Shown one piece after another: positions 54,795 through 64,000 of a DNA stretch of 64,000 nucleotides. This DNA comes from an uncultured Gemmatimonadales bacterium (lineage in GTDB: Bacteria; Gemmatimonadota; Gemmatimonadetes; Gemmatimonadales; GWC2-71-9): NCBI GenBank assembly GCA_963844035.1, contig CAWJMT010000004.1, forward strand, positions 391,566-455,565, given 5' to 3'. Position 1 is the stretch's first letter. Each line of letters opens with the position of its first letter. A program made the translations under genes and the position numbers. The notes under the pieces are model-generated. The model made no database searches and was not told where the DNA came from. It saw only the letters and a list, made by a program, of their open reading frames with translations.

Positions 54795-55597
54795 ATGATA
54801 TTATATATCTTTTTATCTCATGACGTTGATTGGAGAAAACAAGGACCAGAAAAAGAACATATTATTGCTAGGAAAGATAGATTTGAAGATTCAGTATTCA
54901 AGAGAGTTAATCAAGAAAATTTGTATTATAATTTTTTAGAGATAATGGATTTGGAAGAGAAATTTGGTGTTAGGTCCACCTTTTTTTCAGAACTCATTAT
55001 GAAAATGGAAATTATTTAGATTATGAAAAAGAAATTACTTCTCTTATGGATGGGAATTGGGAGATAGGATTACATTCGGATGGTAATTCCATCAAAAATA
55101 TAGACTTGCTTCAAAAAGAAAAAACCAATTTAGAAATCCTTACTAGAAAACCGATTTTTGGCAATAGAGTTCATTATCTTACTTTTGATAACAAATTACT
55201 ATCAAAACTACATCAAATTGGTTTTACTTACGATTCAACTATGAAAAAATATAAGAATCGTATTAGTATTGATGATATGAATTATAGAAAAATTGATGGT
55301 GTCATAGAATTCCCTATAACTATAATGGACACATACTTATTTTCCTATCTAGGAGTAACAGAAGAAAATATCTTAAATATTTTTGAAGAAACTATATCTA
55401 CCGCAATGTGCAAAAACGAGTCTGATACTATCAAAATTATAACTCTACTTTGGCATGACAATGTTTTGAAAATGAAAGGAGGGCGAATGTATAAAAATAT
55501 ACTAGAATATTTGACATCACAAAATAATATCAAAATTATGAAAGGTATTGACCTCGTTAATATCATCAATAAATTTGATAAAAATTTAAATAAATAA
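54795..55597 (+). CDS. Polysaccharide deacetylase family protein (frameshift in the T-run ~54985)
   Basis: LSHDVD, STFF, EIGLH, GNRVHYL, YDST and LLWH motifs. Confidence 0.85.
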
Positions 55598-55915
55598 GAA
55601 GATTGGGAAGCAGATGATTTCAAATTAAGGTATTTATATTAAGAATATGATATTAGTAGTTTATCTAGACATCATATAATAACATATTATAAAATATTCC
55701 AAGAATGTATTTTCAATTTAATTGGTGCATAACATAAAAATTGATGATAATAGTGTTTATATTTGGTTTAAATTATAATTGTTCATAAATTCAAATATCT
55801 CAATATATATATATCATTAATGAGAAATTAAATAAGTGATCCTATCCTGAATGAGAATTATTTTTTTCAAAATAAAATAGAAGTAATTCAAGGTTCAGGA
55901 GATATTTTAGGAAGA

Positions 55916-58247
55916 GTGAATAGAATACTTGATAATGCAGAAAGCGTTGTAAATGTTTGTTTAATTCCATCTTTTCTACAAAGTTATGTAAATAATTTTG
56001 AAATACAGAATAGTCATAGAAATGCTCAAAGTCGAGGCGTAAAACTCAGATGTATTACAGAAATCAAGGAAGATAATATAGAAAAGTGTAGACAGTTGAT
56101 GTCTACAGCAGAAATTAGGCATTTACCAAATGTCATTGGTATTCTATTAGTAACTGAGAAGGAATTTTTCAGTGATATAGACCCATTACCATTTTCTAGT
56201 TCTTCTCAACTACTATATGGTTATCTCGAAGAAGTAGTAAAACAACATCTTGACATATTTGAAAATTTATGGAATAATGGAATAACTGTAGAAGAAAGAA
56301 TTCAACAAATAGAAAAAGAAAAAGATCAAGTAGAAACCAGACTTATTGAAACTAGTACTCAATTCCATAATTTTATGATAAATTGTTTGCAAGATGCCAT
56401 TGAAAAAGATTGGTATTTTCAAGATGAGATATTAAGAAAAATTTATGAAAAATATTTTGTATTATTTAAAGAGAATATGACAAAAACATTGTTGTTAAAA
56501 AGGGTGAATCAAAATAATAAATCGAAATCGTCTTTAAACAAAAAAGATATTGGTTTAAGATGTATTTTGAAAATCAATCGACAAAATATGGAAATAGTAG
56601 CAAAATTTCTTGAAATAGAAGGTGTTCACATACGACATACCAGTAATCCTCTACCAATCAATTTTGAAGTATCAGATAAAAATTTCAATCTATCTATTCG
56701 TACATCTGAAAAAATAGATACTTCTTATCTACTTTCTATTCCAAATCCATCGCTTATAAAATATTATAAATCTACATTTGAACAGGCTATGGAATGAGAG
56801 TTTGGATGCTAAAATAAAAATTAATGATTTAAGATCAAATCTTAGTAGAGAAGAAGGATTCACAGAATTAATTGAAAATCCTTATAAAACTCAACAGCTT
56901 TTAATCCGTCATGTACAAGAAGCAACTGAAGAAATCTTAATCATCCTTCCATCAGTAAATGCTTTCTTTAGATATGGAAAAATAGATATATTCAATATCT
57001 TAGAAAAAAAATTATTACATAATAGTTATAATAATACTAATAGTTACGATAAAAACAGAAACAAATTATTAGTTAAAATATTGACTCCTGCTAACAATAA
57101 ATTAGAGAAAGATATTACAAGTATATACAATAGAATAAAAAACACAAAGAAACAAAAAGGAAATATTGAATTTAGAAGAATAGAATCATTATCGGCAATC
57201 AATACTGGATGTATAATCATAGATAAAAAAGATTTATTGGTTATTGAATTAAAAGATGATTCCAAAGATAATTTTTTAGAAGCGGTTGGATTGTCAATAT
57301 ATTCTAATACTCCAACTACTGTTTTTTCCTATATCTCAATTTTTGATACTCTTTGGACACAAACAGAACTATATGAAACTATTAGAACCGCAAATGATGA
57401 GCTACAGAGTACTACAGAAGAATTGAGAGAATCGCTACAAATATTAGCAAATGTAAATCAAGAACTTACAGTAACCAATGAAATATTAGATAAACAAGAT
57501 AGAATGCAAAAAGAATTCATAAATGTCGCAGCCCATGAATTAAGAACACCTACTCAGTCTATTGTTGGATATTGTGAAATGATAGATGTTTTCCCTGAAA
57601 ATACACAAAAATATTTAGAACCTGTAAAAAGAAATGCTGAAAAATTGTATAGATTAACAGAAGATATCTTGGATGTATCGAGGATAGAAAGTGGTACCTT
57701 AAGACTTGAAAAAAGCAAATTTGATTTAAGAGAAATAATACTAAATTTAATTGAAGACCTAACAACAAAGATGAAAAAAGAAGATAGCGTAATAAAATCA
57801 AACAAAGAAGACAGAGATAAAAATACTCATATTCAGCTAATATATCCAGAGTTATCTGCCGAGCCATTATTTGTGTATGCTGATAAAAATAGAATACAGC
57901 AAGTACTTTCTAATTTGTTAGGAAATGCTTTAAAGTTTACTGAGTATGGAGTAATTACAATCAATACAGAAAAATTCATAGATACTATTAATAATAATGA
58001 AAATACTGAAGAAAAAGAATTTGTGTCTATCAAAATAAAAGATACAGGAAAAGGAATTGATCCTGAGGTATTGCCACGACTATTTGAAAAATTTGCAACA
58101 AAATCTGATAAAGGAACAGGTTTAGGTTTATACATTTCAAAAAATATTATAGATGCTCATGGGGGAAAAATATGGGGAGGGGATAATAATAAATATAAAA
58201 AGAATGGAGCAGAATTTGGTTTTACTTTACCTTTATACAACATATAA
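55916..58247 (+). CDS. Cytoplasmic sensor histidine kinase with repeated N-terminal sensory modules (frameshift ~56780)
   Basis: AAHELRTP, QVLSNLLGNALKFT, DTGKGI and GTGLGL motifs. Confidence 0.88.
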
Positions 58248-58630
58248 ATAAGTTCTCATATAAGATTTAAATACCATAAATTTTTTATAGTTCTATTGAT
58301 GTAACTCTTAATTTTACGGATAAAAAGGGGTATGTTCTATTATGTTCTGTGACTAGTTAGTATAATTCTTGTTTATTCATAAATTTCCCTTAACTTAATA
58401 GAGTCTTTAATGCTATTTATCTATCTATTTCCAGGAATGTAATATTACTTTAGGTATAAAAAATCTTGTTAACATGAGAAGCTAGCTAAAGAAAATATCA
58501 ATATTTGTTGTTGATATATTTCATTGAAACGAATGTCTTATTAAATTCTAATTTGTCTTTTATCATACTAATTATGTTATTCTCTAACAAAATAAAATAT
58601 TTTTGTTAATTTTAATTTATTGAGAACTTA

Positions 58631-58984
58631 TTATTGGTGTTTGTCATCATCATCATTATTATCAAGTTTGTCAACAGTTTTTTCCTTTATCGATTTTGTT
58701 TTATCTTTAATATATCCTGCAAGAGATTCTAAAATTCCTTTATTCTTGTCTTTGTCCTCATAGTTTTTTAATTCATCATATGAAATGTTTAATGTTAATT
58801 CAGCCCCATTGTAGATTCCTACAGCTGATTTGGGAAGCGTGTAAAAGTGTTGATGCACTGCACCATCTTCGATTATTATATTTTCTTCCTCATCTCCAAT
58901 TATATTTCCACATGATTGGTTATCTTTAGTTATGACTCCTTTTCTATCTTTAATTAATTCAATCCAGTTAATTTGGGTCGACAT
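58631..58984 (-). CDS. Small hypothetical protein (PRC-barrel-like, tentative)
   Basis: KGVITKD...G.I and Y.LPKS.V..YNG..L motifs. Confidence 0.55.
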   Translation of the reverse strand: MSTQINWIELIKDRKGVITKDNQSCGNIIGDEEENIIIEDGAVHQHFYTLPKSAVGIYNGAELTLNISYDELKNYEDKDKNKGILESLAGYIKDKTKSIKEKTVDKLDNNDDDDKHQ

Positions 58985-59249
58985 AATCTGAATTACATTA
59001 TATTATATATAGCCATTACATCTTAGTATAACTAGTCAAATCTTTTTTTCTGCAAGTATTAAAAAATATATTAATTATTAATAAAAAAACGATATCTTAA
59101 TTCCTAAAATTATGGAATTGTTCATATAATTATATTCTTAATTTTTTATGAGCAGGGGATTCTTCATAAGAAGTATTTTAAAGAAATCATTATTGAAATG
59201 GTTTAAACTAATTCATTTAGTAAAATAAAATAAATTCTATATTAAGAAT

Positions 59250-59339
59250 TTGGTAGAATTATGGAAAACTATTAGAAATGACCGTCACAAGCATGTGGAT
59301 ATGTTAAAAGATGCTTTAGAGAAAGAATTTCATTCATAA
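59250..59339 (+). pseudogene. Probable 3' remnant of a small helical protein gene
   Basis: LVELWKTIRNDRHKHVDMLKDALEKEFHS*, with no intact upstream frame. Confidence 0.35.
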
Positions 59340-59883
59340 TACTTTATTGCTATGTAACCAATTTTTACAGATAGAATTGAAAGGATTTCATAGCCTAAAA
59401 TTAGAAAAAAAACAGAATCGAAAATTTTTTTAAAAAATTAATTCTAAAATAATTCACCTATATTTGTATGTTTGATGATATAACATAATAATTATTCTTT
59501 ATATATTGTGAGATTCTTTTCTTCTAAATTATGAAATCATATACTTTGTCTAGTCCCTATAAAAATACTTTCTACTTGCAACAAAATTATAACTTTTTAT
59601 TGGATGCTTAATGATTAGGAAATTGTTCGCCAACTTTTCAAAACTAGCATTATTCAGTTTTACTCTTTTATTTTATATGTACTATTTATTTTCATTTACA
59701 ATCCATTCTTTTAACATTTAAACATAATGGTGATATTATGGCTTCTAATTTAACACCCATTCTAAACACTCGTAGAATCAACAGAAAAAAATTAGGTTAA
59801 ATATTCCTAAAAATTGCAATAAAATTTATTATTAGTCTTAATTATACGATAGAATTGTTGTATAATTTTTGATTAGTGCTGGT

Positions 59884-60492
59884 CTATTTCTTTCTACTAT
59901 TGTTATTGTTATAACTCTTTACAGTAGAGTAATGATTACTATTACTATTATTCCAATATTTTTGAAAAGATTTCATTACATTTTCCTTATGTGAAGATAC
60001 TCTATACACTTCTTCAGACCATTGTACTTTATCGACTCCTTGAATTTGTTTGATTAATGCTATTATATCTACCAAATCTTCACTATTATCATATACAAAT
60101 TCAGCCACTACATCTGAATTTCCAACGTGTATGGTTACTGCTAATATACCTTCCATTTCTGATATCTTTTCTGCTGTTTTTTTTAATTGGCCATCACGTA
60201 TATAGACATGCAACAATCCTTTTTTGATGCCTAATATTTTAAAATTGGGTTGATAATCCAGATTTACAAGTCTAGAGTGAAGTATTATTCTGGTTCTTCT
60301 TTGAACAGTGCTAAGAGGTATTTTTAATGTTGAAGATATTTTCTTATTATCATATCCAAGTACAAGCAATGATATTATTTTAAAAGTTGTATTGTCCATT
60401 TGAGAGGAAATATTGTTGTCACTAGTGGTTCCTACATTTGTAATCTCCAAGTTAGTTAAATACTCCATAAAAAACAATACATTGCTATTCAA
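59884..60492 (-). CDS. Lrp/AsnC-family regulator
   Basis: IS..LKIPLSTVQRR HTH; HVGNSDVV; paralog of 61648-62220. Confidence 0.85.
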   Translation of the reverse strand: MNSNVLFFMEYLTNLEITNVGTTSDNNISSQMDNTTFKIISLLVLGYDNKKISSTLKIPLSTVQRRTRIILHSRLVNLDYQPNFKILGIKKGLLHVYIRDGQLKKTAEKISEMEGILAVTIHVGNSDVVAEFVYDNSEDLVDIIALIKQIQGVDKVQWSEEVYRVSSHKENVMKSFQKYWNNSNSNHYSTVKSYNNNNSRKK

Positions 60493-60665
60493 TGATATAT
60501 AAACATCAATATATATAACATTTGCTATCTTAGAACATTATAATAGTCAACAAATGACGTGTAGGATTTAGATTTTTTATTATTGTGATGCTAAAAATCA
60601 CTCGTAGAAGTATAACTTGTATTTTACTAAACTTGCTTTTTATTTGTGAATGATCGATTGTTAGT

Positions 60666-61415
60666 CTATGAGGAATCTATCATCATTATACTTCTACTAT
60701 GCAAATCAAGCAATTCCTTTTGTTGTTGCCTTGTAAATTTATTAAAGAAATTATTCTGACGGTATAAACAAATCTGTTTAATCTTTATACTATCAAAAAA
60801 AAGGGGTATTGATTTTTCTAATTCTAACAATTCTTCGTATTCTTTTTTCTCAGAAATAAGTCCATAATCTGCTAAAATTGTTATACCTTCTTTTTTCAAT
60901 TTTTTTGCATGATATAAGGACATTCTTACAAGAGATGCAAAATTGTTATTACTCTGTATGATTCTATCATATTTATTACCCCGATAATTTATTGTTCTTT
61001 CTTCTTCACTCGAAAAGGTCTTGTCTGAATCAATAATTACTAAAGAACCATTGTTAATGTATCTTTTTACTTCTATCGTTACATCTTTTTTGTTATTATT
61101 ATTTTTCTCTTCATTAGCATCAGTATTCTTAATACTATTACTACTTTTATTAATTGTGGATGATGATAATACATTTTTTACTGAATCTGCAGTTTCATAA
61201 TATGGAAAAAATATTACTATTTCGTTATTATCTTCTAAAAGTTTTTTAATATAGTGAAAATACATTTCTCTTAACATGTCAATATTATTAGGATATACAA
61301 CTATTTGATGAATTCCGATAGGAGTTTGTAATAATGCTTTTAAAATCTCTTTAACCCCTTTATGTTGATATATGATGTTATTTATTGCATCATTTACATC
61401 ATCATCAACATTCAT
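60666..61415 (-). CDS. MEDS-like domain protein
   Basis: H.IVVY, YYET, GSLVIID, LELE and ICLY motifs. Confidence 0.6.
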   Translation of the reverse strand: MNVDDDVNDAINNIIYQHKGVKEILKALLQTPIGIHQIVVYPNNIDMLREMYFHYIKKLLEDNNEIVIFFPYYETADSVKNVLSSSTINKSSNSIKNTDANEEKNNNNKKDVTIEVKRYINNGSLVIIDSDKTFSSEEERTINYRGNKYDRIIQSNNNFASLVRMSLYHAKKLKKEGITILADYGLISEKKEYEELLELEKSIPLFFDSIKIKQICLYRQNNFFNKFTRQQQKELLDLHSRSIMMIDSS

Positions 61416-61647
61416 GTAAATATAATTATTGTTTTTATATTATTTATATATATTCTCATTTTTAGATAATAAATGGATGTATGATCTAAATTAGTTTAGA
61501 ATATTACTTTTTAGATATTATTGGAAAAATTGGTATTCATAGCTATTGAGGTAATATTATTATGATGTTAAATTTCAGTATGTTGAGGAAAAACAGATAA
61601 ATAGATAAAGAAAAATTATACTAAGATATTATTGCGAATGCATATTG

Positions 61648-62220
61648 TTAAAGAAAAAGATTACTTTGTGGAAGTTGAGATATAAAATAAACTTCTTCTG
61701 ACCATAATACCTTTTCAACACCTTCAATCTGTTTTATTTCACTCATTGTTTCTATCAAATCTTTGCTATCTCTATAAACGAATAATGCAACTAAATCAGA
61801 ATTTCCAACATGAACTGAAACAGATATTATACCTCTCTTTTCTACTACATTTTTGCCAATTTGATTAAGTAAACCTTTTGTGAGATATATGTGTAGTAAT
61901 CCTCTTTTGTATCCTAATTTCTCGTAATTTAATTCAACTTTTATAGAAACTAATTCTTTCTCAAATAACTTTCTTGTTCTTCTCTGAATAGTAGGTAATG
62001 GTATGTTTAATTTTTTTGAGATAGAAGAATTGTCATGATTAGCAATTAACAATTCAATAATTCTTCTATCTATCTCATCAATATTAATAGATATATGTGT
62101 TGTTGTATTACTTTTAGAAGATTTAATTTTATGATTATGATTATTATTACTTGTATGATTTAATTTTGAATTAATTCTCTTTCTAATATAGTTATTATTT
62201 TTACTTCCACTTTTACTCAT
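61648..62220 (-). CDS. Lrp/AsnC-family regulator
   Basis: IDEIDRRIIELL, TIQRR and HVGNSDLV motifs. Confidence 0.87.
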   Translation of the reverse strand: MSKSGSKNNNYIRKRINSKLNHTSNNNHNHKIKSSKSNTTTHISINIDEIDRRIIELLIANHDNSSISKKLNIPLPTIQRRTRKLFEKELVSIKVELNYEKLGYKRGLLHIYLTKGLLNQIGKNVVEKRGIISVSVHVGNSDLVALFVYRDSKDLIETMSEIKQIEGVEKVLWSEEVYFISQLPQSNLFL

Positions 62221-62717
62221 TCATAACACACTAATATTATATTTATAGTAAGTTTATTATTTAAAGATTAGGTAAAATATGATTTTATATATCATTTATC
62301 TCTACCTAAATTATTAGTTATATCATAATAATTATAAAAATACAATATAATTTAATATAATTATGGATAGATTCGTATTATGTGTAATTTATTCAAATAA
62401 TTTTAATAATAATAAATTAAATAATTTGAACTATATTATTACAAAGTATAAATTTAGTCGGAAAGAAATAAAAATACAAAATTTGTCTTATTGTTATCCT
62501 ATTTATGATTTATTCCCTTACGAATTATATTAAATCAATCTATAATATTATTTTAATTAACAATATTATAATTACAAAATGTATACTGAGAAAAGTAACT
62601 ACTAATAGAATTAAATATTAATAGTCCATGATTTTTTAACAAAAAAATTAAGCTTTATTTTTAACATCAAATCCACTATTATTATGAGATTTGGCATAAT
62701 TTAAATACTCTTAAATT

Positions 62718-63442
62718 GGCCCTGTTAAGTTAACGATAAATCTATACTGTGAATGTCCTATTTCTAACCTAGTATGCAAATTATATTTGAAAGAAACAGG
62801 ACATCCACTTTTGTAATTATGTATTCTTTGTATTTGTACTTTCTTGGTCTCAGTCTACGTAATACTTCTAAAGCACTAACAATTTTCAAAGATGAAAAAA
62901 GAAGTTACGTGTCTGTCTGGAACTGGATTCAGAGATTTGCAGAGTATCCGATTTACAAAAGAAAAAGAGTATCTGCATTTATAATAGATGAAACAATCAT
63001 CCAAGTTGGCAGTCAGCATTTCTGGTTATGGTTTTGTATAGAACCCATTGACAACTTCTGTGCTTGGAATCTACATTTCAGAAGAAAGAAACATGCTTGT
63101 TGCTGAAAAATTCATTCGATCTCTTGTTGAGAATTATGGAAAACATAGTGTATATTCTGATGGAGGTACATGGTATGATGAAGCCTGCAATGTCTTGAGA
63201 TTGAAACACTATCTACATTCTCCATTAGAGAAGAGTTTGATGGAAAGAGTTAATCAATATTTTAAGGATAGAATCGAGAGTTTTGATGACTACTATCCAT
63301 GTATGCAGATTGAATGTAATTTATTACATGTAAATAACTGGATACAATTCTTTGTTTCTATGTATAACGATACAATATCTAGAGAATTATTTTATTAATG
63401 AATTGAATGATAGAGGTGAATATATCTTAACTTAACAGAGCC
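62718..63442 (+). mobile_element. Complete IS6-family element (transposase frameshifted)
   Basis: TIRs GGCCCTGTTAAGTTAA / TTAACTTAACAGAGCC; 8-bp target duplication CTTAAATT. Confidence 0.92.
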
Positions 63443-63522
63443 CTTAAATTTGATAAAAAATTAATTATACTTAATATTAATAAATGATGCGGACTATAAT
63501 AAGTTGGTCAGAGATAATTGAT

Positions 63523-63919
63523 ATGGTTATATCTATAACGAAAATACTGATAATAGATGATGATGAAGATATTAATAATCTATTTAAAGGATATCTTGAA
63601 CGGAATGGCTTTAAAGTAGACACTTATACTGACCCTTTGAATGCTTTTATGTCACTTTAAAAAGGATAGATATGATTTAATTCTTTTAGATTTAAAAATG
63701 CCATTGCTAGATGGCATTTCTATGTATAAAGAATTGAAAAAAATAGATAAAAAAATAACTATTTGCTTGATTACTGCAGATATCATGTACCTAGAACAGT
63801 TAAAAGAAAAAATCCCTAGTATTGAGAAATTCATAATTTACAAACCTATCTTGCTACGAAATCTGAAAGATAAAATTGACTTACTAATTTTAGAAAAGAA
63901 TAGCATGTATATTAGTTAG
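63523..63919 (+). CDS. Single-domain response regulator receiver (frameshift ~63645)
   Basis: ILIIDDDED, DLILLDLKMPLLDG, ITA and KP motifs. Confidence 0.85.
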
Positions 63920-64000
63920 CGACAATGAGGCTATATCTTGTTTAACTCTTTTGTTGAGAAATAGAAATAGGTATTATACTTTCCTTCACAACTTTAATCA

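Noticed and set aside
787..58247. Programmed frameshifting or recoding
   Set aside because: Breaks occur in unrelated genes of both organisms with no shared slippery motif.
59767..60609. 11-bp repeat CACTCGTAGAA on both sides of an Lrp gene
   Set aside because: Too short, with no terminal inverted repeats to support a target-site duplication.
21775..64000. Giant horizontally transferred archaeal island in a bacterium
   Set aside because: Truncated gene at the junction, no mobility signature and archaeal housekeeping content; an artefact is far more likely.

Overview
The window joins two unrelated genomes at ~21,775. Bases 1-~21,775 are very GC-rich bacterial DNA (roughly 65-70% by eye, Gemmatimonadota-like by inference). 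They carry housekeeping and stress genes (fbp, hemH, mgtE, cytochrome c peroxidase, ABC transporter, UvrD-exonuclease) and end in an accessory island. Bases ~21,775-64,000 are very AT-rich archaeal DNA (roughly 25-30% by eye, Nitrososphaeraceae-like by inference). They carry a stress/dormancy-like cluster (pncB, Hsp20, CBS, three USPs, Rv2004c-like kinase pair), an acyl-CoA carboxylase set, bacterial-type GAPDH and PGK, IS6/IS5 elements and many signalling genes. Frameshifts in many conserved genes suggest uncorrected long-read errors. The best candidate for a new system is at 17,760-18,775. A tRNA with a full tRNA-Leu body but a Val (CAC) anticodon is followed by a putative separately promoted ~70-nt RNA, whose 5' 19 nt are exactly complementary to that tRNA's anticodon arm. 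A diverged second copy of this promoter-antisense-hairpin-terminator unit lies ~805 bp downstream, behind a tRNA 3' fragment. This reads as a possible all-RNA module of a mistranslating tRNA and an antisense antitoxin, next to a DUF2779-like nuclease and a HEPN/Abi_C-like gene. All calls were made by eye; no searches were run.
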